Positions 38,134 through 47,091 of a stretch of DNA of 47,091 bases are shown piece after piece; within the stretch, counting starts at the first letter, position 1; every line of letters starts with the position of its first letter. Origin of the DNA: Desulfobacterales bacterium. Lineage in GTDB: Bacteria; Desulfobacterota; Desulfobacteria; Desulfobacterales; UBA5616. A program made the position numbers and the translations under genes. The notes beneath the pieces are model-generated. The model saw only the letters and a program-made list of their open reading frames with translations. It was not told where the DNA came from and searched no databases. Where the stretch lies: NCBI GenBank assembly GCA_046483495.1, contig JAWODC010000068.1, forward strand, positions 1 to 47,091, written 5' to 3'.

Positions 38134-38751
38134 TTATTGTTTTTCCGGCACCTCGGGGTCCGATGGTTGGGAGAGGGTTGCCGCCGAATCCGGTTCTTCT
38201 TCCGCTGATTCCATTTGTTTTTCGGCTTCAGCGGATCGGGTTTCTTCAACTTCGCCGTCGAAGGTTTCTTCCTCAACGGATTCAGGTCGAGCTTCCTTGG
38301 GGGCGGCCGCTTCTTTTGCCGGCTCCGGTTTCTTTTCCCGTTTCGGAGCAGCTTTTGCCGTCTCGGTCTTCTTTTTCTTCTTCTTCTTTTCCTTTTCCGA
38401 TGAGACCAGCTCTACAATGGAAATCATTGCAGCATCCCCGGGCCTTCTTCCCAATTTGACGACACGGGTGTATCCCCCGTGTATATTTCCGAACCGTTCA
38501 TTTGCATTTTCAAACAGCCTGTGAACAACCGACTTTTCCCGAATAACAGCCATTGCTTGCCGCCGGGCATGAAGGTCCCCTCGTTTGGCAAGCGTAACCA
38601 TGTTGTCAGCCAGACGCCGGAGCTCTTTTGCCTTGGCATCCGTTGTTCGAATCCGATCATATTTAAACAACGAGGTAACCATGTTCCGAAACATTGCGTT
38701 TCGGTGGCTCGTCGTTCTGTTTAATTTAATTCCCGACTTTCGATGTCTCAT
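38134..38751 (-). CDS. rplQ: 50S ribosomal protein L17 with long Lys/Glu/Ala-rich tail
   Basis: [33 protein letters not shown]. Confidence 0.97.
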   Translation of the reverse strand: MRHRKSGIKLNRTTSHRNAMFRNMVTSLFKYDRIRTTDAKAKELRRLADNMVTLAKRGDLHARRQAMAVIREKSVVHRLFENANERFGNIHGGYTRVVKLGRRPGDAAMISIVELVSSEKEKKKKKKKTETAKAAPKREKKPEPAKEAAAPKEARPESVEEETFDGEVEETRSAEAEKQMESAEEEPDSAATLSQPSDPEVPEKQ

Positions 38752-38759
38752 AAAGCTTC

Positions 38760-39785
38760 TTATTCTCCTTCCTCTACTTCTTCGTCCTCTTCAGGATACT
38801 CGAATCCATCCAGTTTCATCCCGAGGGAAAGCCCCATCTCGCCTAAAACTTCTTTTATTTCATTAAGTGATTTTCGGCCGAAGTTTTTCGTTTTCAGCAT
38901 TTCAGCTTCGGTTTTGCTGACCAACTGGTAAATTTTGTGGATCTCGGCATTTTTCAAACAATTGGCACTGCGAACGGATAGCTCGAGTTCTTCGACACTC
39001 CGGTATAGATTCTCGTTAAACTTCGGCTTCTCTTCTTCCTCTGTTTTCTTCTCGGGCTCCGGCTCGAGCTCCTCATCGAAATTGATGAATATCGTCATCT
39101 GCTCCTTCATGATTTTCGCGGCGTACGCCACTGCATCCTCCGGAAGCACACTGCCGTCCGTCCATACTTCCAGAGTCAGCCTGTCATAATCGGTGCGCTG
39201 CCCCACACGGGCATTGTTGACGACATAGACGACTTTTTTGATCGGCGAAAAAACAGCGTCAATGGGTATCGTACCGATCGGTGCATCCTCATCGATATTG
39301 GCTTCGGCAAGAGAATATCCCTTCCCGACTTTTACCGTCATTTCGACCTTTAAATCGCCTTTTTCCGATAAGGTTGCAATGTGAAGATCAGGATTCAAAA
39401 CTTCACTTTTTCCGTCTCTGCTGATTATATCACCGGCTGTAACCTTTCCCGGCCCCTTCGCCTCAATAAAAATTTTCTTTGGTTCAGGATCGCTTATCCG
39501 CAGACGAACTTCCTTAAGGTTCAAGATAATTTCCGAGACATCTTCAACCACGCCTGGAAGAGTGGAGAATTCATGCATGACATTTTCGAACTTCACCGAA
39601 ATAACCGCCGCCCCATAAAGGGAGGACAAGATGATCCGCCTTAAAGAATTTCCAATTGTGATTCCAAACCCTCTTTCAAGCGGTTCACAAACGAACTTTC
39701 CGTAAAAAGGCGTACCGGACACCTTGACCTTTTCAGGCATGATCATTTCCTGCCAGTTCATATACATAAGTTCATTTGATGGCAT
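38760..39785 (-). CDS. rpoA: RNA polymerase subunit alpha
   Basis: [37 protein letters not shown]. Confidence 0.98.
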   Translation of the reverse strand: MPSNELMYMNWQEMIMPEKVKVSGTPFYGKFVCEPLERGFGITIGNSLRRIILSSLYGAAVISVKFENVMHEFSTLPGVVEDVSEIILNLKEVRLRISDPEPKKIFIEAKGPGKVTAGDIISRDGKSEVLNPDLHIATLSEKGDLKVEMTVKVGKGYSLAEANIDEDAPIGTIPIDAVFSPIKKVVYVVNNARVGQRTDYDRLTLEVWTDGSVLPEDAVAYAAKIMKEQMTIFINFDEELEPEPEKKTEEEEKPKFNENLYRSVEELELSVRSANCLKNAEIHKIYQLVSKTEAEMLKTKNFGRKSLNEIKEVLGEMGLSLGMKLDGFEYPEEDEEVEEGE

Positions 39786-39872
39786 ATTGTATTCTCCGGT
39801 TTTTTTTTAAAATCAGCTGCCCAACCAGCGGGACCATTATTTTTTTTCGGTTGTCCGTTATTCAGTGGGGCA

Positions 39873-40502
39873 CTATTTAGAATAAAGCTCGACAATCAGC
39901 TGTTCCTGAATCGGCATAGTCAAATCTTCCCTTACCGGAAACCCTTTCACGATACCTTTTCGTTCTTCTTTTTCCAGGCTGAGCCAGGGCGGAACACCGC
40001 GCCGGGCCACCGCATCGAGTGAATCCCCGATCAGCCGTATATCGCGGCTCTTTTCACGAAGTTCGACGGTATCACCGATCGTTATCAGGTATGATGGTAT
40101 ATTTACCGATTTGCCGTTCACTATAAAATGTTTATGGAGAACGAAATGACGGCCCTGGTTTCTAGAGTTTGCAAACCCGAGGCGATACACGACATTGTCC
40201 AAACGCCGCTCCAGCATGACGAGCAGGTTGGTGCCTGTAACGCCTTTTTGCTTTTCGGCACGCTCGAAAAATATCCTGAACTGCTTCTCGGACAATCCGT
40301 ACATCCGCTTCACCTTTTGCTTTTCCCGAAGCTGAATGCCATAGTCCGAATACTTTCTTCCCCGACGTTGACCATGTTCCCCCGGCGCATAGGAGCGTCT
40401 GTCGAAAGCGCACTTGTCGGAATAGCACCTGTCGCCTTTGAGGAAGAGCTTTAGGTTCTCCCTACGGCATATTCGGCATACTGAACCTGTATATCTTGCC
40501 AA
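39873..40502 (-). CDS. rpsD: 30S ribosomal protein S4
   Basis: MARYTG..CRICRR, QLREKQK, LERRLDN, IVELYSK. TTG start. Confidence 0.98.
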   Translation of the reverse strand: MARYTGSVCRICRRENLKLFLKGDRCYSDKCAFDRRSYAPGEHGQRRGRKYSDYGIQLREKQKVKRMYGLSEKQFRIFFERAEKQKGVTGTNLLVMLERRLDNVVYRLGFANSRNQGRHFVLHKHFIVNGKSVNIPSYLITIGDTVELREKSRDIRLIGDSLDAVARRGVPPWLSLEKEERKGIVKGFPVREDLTMPIQEQLIVELYSK

Positions 40503-40585
40503 ATTTTCCTCCTTTAATAACGTTCGGCTTTGTTGTGAAATTTCCCATTCATCATCTTGTTAGCAGCGGCTGCACCGAAGCCGGT

Positions 40586-40972
40586 CTATACTCTTCTTCT
40601 TTTCGGCGGACGGCAGCCATTATGCGGTATGGGGGTAACATCCTTGATCATCAACACGTTAAAGCCGATCGCCTGCAGCGAGCGCAGTGCCGATTCACGG
40701 CCGGCGCCCGGACCCTTTACGTAAACTTCGACATTCTTCATGCCGTGTTCCATAGCCTTTTTTGCTGCGTCCTCGGCAGCCTGCTGAGCGGCAAACGGCG
40801 TGCTTTTCCGGGATCCTTTGAATCCCTGAACACCTGAACTCGACCAAGATACCACATTCCCCGCCGGATCCGTGATCGTCACAATCGTGTTATTGAATGT
40901 CGATTGAATATGCACCACACCCGATGGAATATTTTTCTTCTCTTTTTTCTTTGTACGAACTTTTTTAGCCAT
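40586..40972 (-). CDS. rpsK: 30S ribosomal protein S11
   Basis: [34 protein letters not shown]. Confidence 0.98.
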   Translation of the reverse strand: MAKKVRTKKKEKKNIPSGVVHIQSTFNNTIVTITDPAGNVVSWSSSGVQGFKGSRKSTPFAAQQAAEDAAKKAMEHGMKNVEVYVKGPGAGRESALRSLQAIGFNVLMIKDVTPIPHNGCRPPKRRRV

Positions 40973-41155
40973 GAATAAGCCTCGGTTTTTTTATTTCGCG
41001 TCCATCGCAATTTCAGCCCCGCATCGAAGGTATCGGCATTGAGCAACGTATGGGCCTTTTTGGTGACAAATTAACGTGTTGCCTTCTTAATTTTTCAAAC
41101 CGGTGTAAATGCCGCTTTCGATCGAAAAATGCCGTTTTGCATGGACACTGTTTGA

Positions 41156-41539
41156 TTACTTCTTTTTAGCGCCGCCTTTTTTCTTGACCGCGGATCGTTT
41201 CGGCCCTTTGCGTGTTCGTGCATTCGTGCTCGTCCGCTGTCCTCTGACCGGCAGCGATTTCCTGTGTCTCAGTCCGCGATAAGACCCCAGATCCATGAGT
41301 CGCTTCACGTTCATGGATACTTGTGTACGCAGTTCACCTTCGACCTTGTAAGCGCCGTCGATCACTTTACGGATATCGTTTATTTGTTCATCGGTCAGAT
41401 CATCCGTAGATATATTCGGATTAATGTTCAATTCGTTCAGAATATTCCTGGAGGTGGACCTACCGATTCCATAAATATATGTCAGCCCGATTTCAACGCG
41501 CTTGCGTCTGGGCAAATCTACACCCGCGATTCTAGCCAA
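41156..41539 (-). CDS. rpsM: 30S ribosomal protein S13
   Basis: [36 protein letters not shown] start. Confidence 0.98.
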   Translation of the reverse strand: MARIAGVDLPRRKRVEIGLTYIYGIGRSTSRNILNELNINPNISTDDLTDEQINDIRKVIDGAYKVEGELRTQVSMNVKRLMDLGSYRGLRHRKSLPVRGQRTSTNARTRKGPKRSAVKKKGGAKKK

Positions 41540-41556
41540 AGCTTACCCTCCTTGTG

Positions 41557-41670
41557 TTATCCCTGCCGCTGTTTATGTCGTTTGTTCACACAGATTACCC
41601 GCACGTTTCCATGTCTGCGGATAATTTTGCATTTGTTGCAAATTTTCTTCACAGATGCTCTCACTTTCAT
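41557..41670 (-). CDS. rpmJ: 50S ribosomal protein L36 (not in ORF track)
   Basis: [37 protein letters not shown]. Confidence 0.97.
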   Translation of the reverse strand: MKVRASVKKICNKCKIIRRHGNVRVICVNKRHKQRQG

Positions 41671-41730
41671 CGATTTTCCCCCAGTCTATTCACTTTTTTT
41701 TACATTCGGTTCTTGCAACGGACCGGCTTG

Positions 41731-41949
41731 TTATTTGGATCGATAAACGATTCTGCCCCGCGACAAATCATATGGTGAAAGCTCTACGGTTACCCGATCA
41801 CCCGGCAGAATCTTTATGAAATGCATCCGCATCTTGCCGGAAATATGGGCAAGCACTTGATGCTTATTTTCGAGTTCGACCTTGAACATTGCATTCGGCA
41901 AGGTCTCCAGCACCGTTCCCTCTACCTTTATGGCCTCTTCCTTTGGCAT
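41731..41949 (-). CDS. infA: Translation initiation factor IF-1
   Basis: [29 protein letters not shown]. Confidence 0.98.
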   Translation of the reverse strand: MPKEEAIKVEGTVLETLPNAMFKVELENKHQVLAHISGKMRMHFIKILPGDRVTVELSPYDLSRGRIVYRSK

Positions 41950-42037
41950 AACCGCTCCATTAAAAGCTATTCATTTTGGCCGTATTCCTGCTGCCGCCCC
42001 CCGGATGTTTATCGCCTCGATGTCGGGGGCTGTTTTT

Positions 42038-43351
42038 TCAGCGTCTGCTTTTTATTCGGCTTCCTTTTTTCAAAAATCCTTCATAGTGGCGGGTCAACAA
42101 ATGAGACTCGATTTGGGCAATGGTATCGATTGAAACACCGACCACAATGAGCAGCGCGGTACCCCCGAAATAAAACGGCACGTTGAATCGCGTTATCAGA
42201 ATCGACGGCAGCACGCACACGGCGGAAACGTAAATAGCTCCCCCAAGTGTTATCCTCGTCAACACTTTATCGATATAATCCGCCGTACGCTTGCCCGGCC
42301 GAATACCCGGAATATAGCCTCCCTGTTTTTTCATGTTTTCTGCAACATCGGCCGGATTGAACGTAACGGCGGTATAAAAATAACAGAAAAAGAAAATAAA
42401 GCCGATAAACAGAAGCTCGTAAACCGCGTTTCCGGGCTGCAAGGCACCGGAGATGCTCTGAATCCATGGAACTCTGATGAAACTCGCCAGTGTTGCCGGG
42501 AACATAATGATGGAAGAGGCGAAAATCGGTGGAATAACACCCGAGGTATTGATTTTTAACGGCAAATGGGTACTTTGCCCCCCATACATCCTGCGACCCA
42601 CGACCCGCTTTGCATACTGCACCGGTATTCGTCGTTGTCCCTGTTCGACGAAAACGATAAACCCGACAACCGCAACCATGAAAACAACCAGCAGCAGCAC
42701 TAGAAATATTCCGATCTCACCGGTTGAAAGCAGCCGAAATGTATTCCCGATGGCACCGGGAAGGCCGGTAACAATGCCCGCGAAAATGATCAGCGATATG
42801 CCGTTCCCAATGCCCCTTTCGGTAATCTGTTCACCAAGCCACATGATAAAGGCCGTACCGGCCGTCAGGGTGATAACCGTCATCAGGCGAAATTCCCAAC
42901 CCGGATTGATGACAACAGGTGCGCCGCCGGGCGCTGTCATGGTTTCCAACCCGACGCTGATTCCAAACCCCTGGATGACGCTTAGAATTACGGTCCCATA
43001 ACGGGTATATTGGGTTATCTTCTTTCGGCCCTGTTCCCCTTCTTTTGAAAGCCGTTCTAAATGAGGAATCGTTACGGTCAACAACTGCAGTATGATCGAC
43101 GCGCTGATGTAGGGCATAATGCCGAGCGCAAATACCGACAGGCGTTCAAGCGCTCCTCCTGAAAACATGTCAAATAAGCCGAACAGCGTTCCTTTTGCGG
43201 CCGAAAAGAAAGAAGCAAGCGCAACACTGTCAATACCGGGTGTCGGTACATGAACACCGATCCTGTAGACGATCAGCAGAGCCAATGTAAATAAGATTCT
43301 CTTTTTCAGCTCGGGGATTTTGAATATATTCTGGAATCCGCTGACTGCCAT
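42038..43351 (-). CDS. secY: Preprotein translocase subunit SecY
   Basis: [35 protein letters not shown]. Confidence 0.98.
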   Translation of the reverse strand: MAVSGFQNIFKIPELKKRILFTLALLIVYRIGVHVPTPGIDSVALASFFSAAKGTLFGLFDMFSGGALERLSVFALGIMPYISASIILQLLTVTIPHLERLSKEGEQGRKKITQYTRYGTVILSVIQGFGISVGLETMTAPGGAPVVINPGWEFRLMTVITLTAGTAFIMWLGEQITERGIGNGISLIIFAGIVTGLPGAIGNTFRLLSTGEIGIFLVLLLVVFMVAVVGFIVFVEQGQRRIPVQYAKRVVGRRMYGGQSTHLPLKINTSGVIPPIFASSIIMFPATLASFIRVPWIQSISGALQPGNAVYELLFIGFIFFFCYFYTAVTFNPADVAENMKKQGGYIPGIRPGKRTADYIDKVLTRITLGGAIYVSAVCVLPSILITRFNVPFYFGGTALLIVVGVSIDTIAQIESHLLTRHYEGFLKKGSRIKSRR

Positions 43352-43352
43352 G

Positions 43353-43793
43353 TTATACGACCTCTACCGACCCACCGGCCGACTCGATCTTGTCGCGAGC
43401 GCTCCTGCTGGCGGAACTGACTTTGACGGTTAACGGGTAGCTGATATCCCCTACGCCCAGCAGTTTAACGCCGTCGCGCGGCCCCTTCACCAGCCCTTTA
43501 GCGGCAAGAACGGCTTCGTCCACCATGGAACCGCTTTCGAACGTCAAAAGATCCCGCACATTGATAACCGCATAGTGCTTCTTAAAAATATTGGTAAACC
43601 CTCGTTTGGGCAGCCTTCGATGAATGGGCATCTGTCCGCCTTCATATCCCGGCCTGACCCCGCCGCCGGACCGGCTGTTGAGACCCTTCGTTCCCCTTCC
43701 TGCGGTTTTTCCGAGGCCCGAACCGACGCCTCTGCCGACACGCTTACGCGTCTTTTTCGATCCGATCTGTGGTGACAATTCATGTAACTTCAT
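43353..43793 (-). CDS. rplO: 50S ribosomal protein L15
   Basis: [31 protein letters not shown]. Confidence 0.98.
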   Translation of the reverse strand: MKLHELSPQIGSKKTRKRVGRGVGSGLGKTAGRGTKGLNSRSGGGVRPGYEGGQMPIHRRLPKRGFTNIFKKHYAVINVRDLLTFESGSMVDEAVLAAKGLVKGPRDGVKLLGVGDISYPLTVKVSSASRSARDKIESAGGSVEVV

Positions 43794-43978
43794 GTGATAT
43801 TTTCCTCGGCTTTCACGAGATGAGATACAACCCTCACCATCCCCCGAATCTCGGGGGTATCCTCGAGCACAACCGTTCTGTTCATTTTCGTAAGCCCCAT
43901 TCCCCGCAAAACCTTGCGATGCTTTTCAGGCCTTCCGATCATGCTCTTTACAAGGGTGATTTTCAATTGTTTCGCCAT
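43790..43978 (-). CDS. rpmD: 50S ribosomal protein L30
   Basis: LKITLVKSMIG, DTPEIRGM; position between rpsE and rplO. Confidence 0.96.
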   Translation of the reverse strand: MAKQLKITLVKSMIGRPEKHRKVLRGMGLTKMNRTVVLEDTPEIRGMVRVVSHLVKAEENIT

Positions 43979-43991
43979 GGTGTAGTTCCTT

Positions 43992-44486
43992 TTACATTCC
44001 CTCGAGGCGTACTCCTCGTCGTTTCGCCACCATTTCGACGCTCTCCAGTTGTTTTAGACCGCCGATGGTCGCCTTTACTACATTGTGAGGATTATGAGAC
44101 CCCAGGCATTTCGTGAGAATATTTTGAATTCCGACCGCCTCGAGCACTGCACGAACCGCACCTCCGGCGATAAGGCCCGTTCCTTCGGAGGCCGGTTTCA
44201 GCAGAACCCTTCCCGCGCCGTAACGCCCGACAATCTCGAACGGTATCGTTCCATTTACGAGAGGAACTTCGATCATATTCTTTTTCGCCTTTTCAACGCC
44301 TTTACGTATCGCTTCCGGAACTTCCCCGGCCTTTCCTAAACCGACCCCGACACGACCGTTTCCGTCTCCGACTACGACGATTGCGCTAAAGCTGAATCTC
44401 CTGCCGCCTTTAACGACTTTTGCCACGCGGTTGATATGCACCACTTTATCGATAAACAGGCTTTCGCTGGTTTCCTGATTTAGCAA
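43992..44486 (-). CDS. rpsE: 30S ribosomal protein S5
   Basis: [29 protein letters not shown] start. Confidence 0.98.
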   Translation of the reverse strand: MLNQETSESLFIDKVVHINRVAKVVKGGRRFSFSAIVVVGDGNGRVGVGLGKAGEVPEAIRKGVEKAKKNMIEVPLVNGTIPFEIVGRYGAGRVLLKPASEGTGLIAGGAVRAVLEAVGIQNILTKCLGSHNPHNVVKATIGGLKQLESVEMVAKRRGVRLEGM

Positions 44487-44514
44487 GGTTTCCTCCTTAA
44501 CCTCTCAAAAATGA

Positions 44515-44892
44515 TTAAAAATCCAATCCGCCTTCTCGGGCGCCCTCCGATACGGCTTTGATTCGTCCATGGTAAAGGAATCCGTTTCGATCAAAAACGA
44601 CCGTTTTGATGCCGCTTTTTAAAGCGCGTTCCGCGATCACTTTTCCGACGTGGTTGGCCACGTCGGATTTTTTCATCGGACCGCCGGAGCCCAGAGAACC
44701 CTTTACCTGCTTATCGACACTGGATGCGAACACCAGTGTGCGGCCCGCAACATCATCGATAATCTGAGCATAAATGTGTTTTGCACTTCGGAATACCGTC
44801 AGCCGCGGTCGCTCGGGTGTTCCACTCAATTTTTTTCGAATACTTCTCTTTCGCTTTAGCCGCGCCTGTTGCTTTTTGTTTGAAGCCGCCAT
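44515..44892 (-). CDS. rplR: 50S ribosomal protein L18
   Basis: [26 protein letters not shown]. Confidence 0.98.
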   Translation of the reverse strand: MAASNKKQQARLKRKRSIRKKLSGTPERPRLTVFRSAKHIYAQIIDDVAGRTLVFASSVDKQVKGSLGSGGPMKKSDVANHVGKVIAERALKSGIKTVVFDRNGFLYHGRIKAVSEGAREGGLDF

Positions 44893-44932
44893 ACGTCCTA
44901 TATCCCCATCATTTTAAAGACGGTTTTTTGTT

Positions 44933-45472
44933 TTACTTGGTCCCGGTCTTTCCGGCTTTTTTCCGGATCTGCTCCTCAGCGTACCTGATTCCCTTCCCTT
45001 TATAGGGTTCAGGCGGTCTTAAACGCCGAATGGCCGCTGCCGTATGACCCAGCTGCTCTTTATCGATCCCGGCCAACGAGATGACATTGTTCTTGTCGAT
45101 GGAAGCGGATATTCCATCGGGAAGATCAAAATGGATCGGATGGGAGAATCCCAGGTTAAAGACGATGGTACCGCCTTTCACCTCCGCGCGATAGCCGATG
45201 CCGTTGATCATCAGAGACCGTTCAAATCCTTTTGAAACCCCGGTTACCATATTGTCCACAAGACTCCTGGTAAGTCCCTGTATCGCCCCGGCTTTGCGGC
45301 CTTGCACGCCGATGCCGATACGGATCTCGTCGTCATCGATGTTTATCTCCAATTCGGAAGGGATGACCCGTTCGAGTTTTCCCTTTTCTCCTTGAACCGT
45401 TAAGACCCGGTTTGCATAGGTGACGTTTGTTTTTTCCGGTATACGAATCGGTTTATTGCCTACTCGAGACAT
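44933..45472 (-). CDS. rplF: 50S ribosomal protein L6
   Basis: MSRVGNKPI, RPPEPYKGKGIRY. Confidence 0.98.
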   Translation of the reverse strand: MSRVGNKPIRIPEKTNVTYANRVLTVQGEKGKLERVIPSELEINIDDDEIRIGIGVQGRKAGAIQGLTRSLVDNMVTGVSKGFERSLMINGIGYRAEVKGGTIVFNLGFSHPIHFDLPDGISASIDKNNVISLAGIDKEQLGHTAAAIRRLRPPEPYKGKGIRYAEEQIRKKAGKTGTK

Positions 45473-45486
45473 GGTTTCTCCCTCTA

Positions 45487-45885
45487 CTACCAGATATTGC
45501 AAATGATTTCACCGCCGACATTCCCTTTTCGTGCAGCCTTGTCCGTCATAACCCCCTTCGACGTCGACAAAACGGCAATTCCCATCCCGTTTAAAACGGG
45601 CTTCACATCTTTGGATTTGACGTAAACCCGGCGGCTCGGTTTGCTCACCCGTTGGATTCCCATGATGACGTTTTGCCGGTTATCATCGTATTTCAGATAC
45701 ATCCTTAAAATTCCCTGCTTGTCATCCTGGATGAATTTATATTGTCGAATAAAACCTTCCTCAACCAGTATTCTCGCCAGTTCGGTCTTTAAAACGGACC
45801 CCGGTATATCGACACTGTTTAACTTGGATTTCGCCGCGTTTCGTATTCTCGTCAGCATATCCGCAATAGGATCGCTAATGGTCAT
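45487..45885 (-). CDS. rpsH: 30S ribosomal protein S8
   Basis: DPIADMLTRIRNA, STSKGVMT, GGEI. Confidence 0.98.
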   Translation of the reverse strand: MTISDPIADMLTRIRNAAKSKLNSVDIPGSVLKTELARILVEEGFIRQYKFIQDDKQGILRMYLKYDDNRQNVIMGIQRVSKPSRRVYVKSKDVKPVLNGMGIAVLSTSKGVMTDKAARKGNVGGEIICNIW

Positions 45886-45996
45886 TTGTTTTCTCCGTAA
45901 TGAACGATGCTTTTGGATTTAGAAATCCCCCAGCGGCCTCGAAAGCTTTCGGTTTTTCCCTCATGCCGGATCGACCGTAGCCGCTGCGGTGATGCA

Positions 45997-46182
45997 TTAC
46001 CAGCTCGATTTAATGACACCGGGAAGTTTGCCTTGTGAAGCAAGCATCCGAAAACAAATCCTACAAATCCCGAATTTACGCAAAAATCCTCTGGGCCTGC
46101 CGCAAATCGGGCATCTGTTATAGGCTCTTACTTTGAATTTCGGTTTTTGCTTAGCTTTCATCATGAGCGCCGTTTTCGCCAA
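45997..46182 (-). CDS. rpsN: 30S ribosomal protein S14 (short zinc-binding type Z)
   Basis: RCPICGRPR...GICRICFR; 61 aa; TTG start. Confidence 0.97.
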   Translation of the reverse strand: MAKTALMMKAKQKPKFKVRAYNRCPICGRPRGFLRKFGICRICFRMLASQGKLPGVIKSSW

Positions 46183-46232
46183 GATGTCCTCCTTTTTCGT
46201 TTCGATCGGTGATAATGCAATTCCTTATACTG

Positions 46233-46772
46233 TTAGTTTCTAAACGGCATTCCCAGGAGCTTCAACAATTCTTTCCCTTCTTCATCGGTTTTCGCCGACG
46301 TCACGACGGTGATATTGAGCCCCTTGATTTTGTCGATCCTGTCGTAATCGATCTCCGGGAATATGATCTGTTCCCTGATTCCCAACGAGTAATTGCCGTT
46401 GCCGTCAAAGGCCTTTCCGGATGTTCCTCTGAAATCCCGAACACGCGGCAGGGCGATGTTGACAAGCTTGTAATAAAAATCATACATCAGATCGCGCCGG
46501 AGCGTTACCATGCAACCGATCGGCATGCCTTCACGGAGCTTAAAAGCGGCAATCGATCGTTTCGCTCGTGTAATGACGGGTTTCTGGCCCGTGATCAACA
46601 TCAGTTCTTCAGTTGCCGAATCCAGAATTTTGATGTTGTGAATGGCCTCCCCCAATCCCATATTAACGGAAATTTTCACCAGTTTGGGAACTTCCATCAT
46701 ATTTTTGTACTGAAAGCCTTCCATCAGTCGGGGTGTGACCTCTTCGTAATAATATTTTTTCAGTTGTAACAT
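46233..46772 (-). CDS. rplE: 50S ribosomal protein L5
   Basis: [32 protein letters not shown]. Confidence 0.98.
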   Translation of the reverse strand: MLQLKKYYYEEVTPRLMEGFQYKNMMEVPKLVKISVNMGLGEAIHNIKILDSATEELMLITGQKPVITRAKRSIAAFKLREGMPIGCMVTLRRDLMYDFYYKLVNIALPRVRDFRGTSGKAFDGNGNYSLGIREQIIFPEIDYDRIDKIKGLNITVVTSAKTDEEGKELLKLLGMPFRN

Positions 46773-46791
46773 TCAATCCTCCGGCGCACAC

Positions 46792-46923
46792 CTAGTCAAT
46801 GATTTCATTACATTTCGAGCAGGTGCGAACTTTTTTTCCATCTTCCAGCTGCGTCATTTTTATACGGGTAGGCATCATACATTTACTGCAGACCAACATA
46901 AGATTCGAACAATCGATCGGCGC
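46792..46923 (-). CDS. rplX: 3' part of 50S ribosomal protein L24 (partial; 5' half replaced by unrelated sequence)
   Basis: APIDCSNLMLVCSKC..PTRI....EDGKKVRTCSKC is the L24 C-terminus, at the expected position before rplE. No KOW/VKKH N-terminus upstream. Confidence 0.88.
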   Translation of the reverse strand, partial: APIDCSNLMLVCSKCMMPTRIKMTQLEDGKKVRTCSKCNEIID

Positions 46924-46948
46924 CCCTGGATAATAAAGGGTAAAGGCA

Positions 46949-47091
46949 ATGTTCAAGGATTGGGGATTTCTGGTCACAGAGATGATCGAGCTGTTGATCA
47001 TCGCAACCCTGCTAGGGCTGATAGCAGGCTGGTTGATATGGGGGCGCCAACATCGGCCAACCAACAGCAACGATGCCCTCAGGCAAGGCGT
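46949..47091 (+). other. 5' fragment of an unrelated membrane-anchored protein (probably chimeric contig end)
   Basis: MFKDWGFLVTEMIELLIIATLLGLIAGWLIWGRQHRP... stays open to the window end, antisense to where rplX/rplN should lie. Confidence 0.5.

Noticed and set aside
37852..38276. Short ORFs spanning the palindromic element
   Set aside because: They overlap the MITE-like hairpin and terminator and have no protein-like features.

Overview
A 47 kb chromosomal window of housekeeping genes from an anaerobic deltaproteobacterium. The gene content and order suggest Desulfobacterales (inference). Left to right it holds: an NRDE protein, a thiolase, gyrA-gpsA-radC, several conserved hypotheticals, a DHH/CBS protein, YihY, a CaiB-family CoA transferase, an Fe-S flavoprotein, arfB, a PurF variant lacking the catalytic Cys, a GT9, an HD-GYP response regulator, a cytoplasmic DmsAB-like molybdoenzyme followed by a PTS-EIIA and a PII-like gene converging on a cation:proton antiporter, hydrolases, a miaB cluster, recJ, rnz, an epimerase, ThiF, and the distal spc/alpha ribosomal operon (rplX to rplQ, minus strand). 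I found no tRNA, rRNA, CRISPR array, transposase, prophage or defence island. Both ends look chimeric: a rarA 3' end and an rplX 3' end are each fused to unrelated coding fragments. The best candidates for novelty are the EIIA + PII-like + antiporter module, a rearranged Fe-S ligand motif in the molybdoenzyme, the glutaminase-dead PurF, a 146-bp TA-flanked MITE-like hairpin and several structured intergenic regions. All family assignments come from motif recognition by eye; no database search was run.
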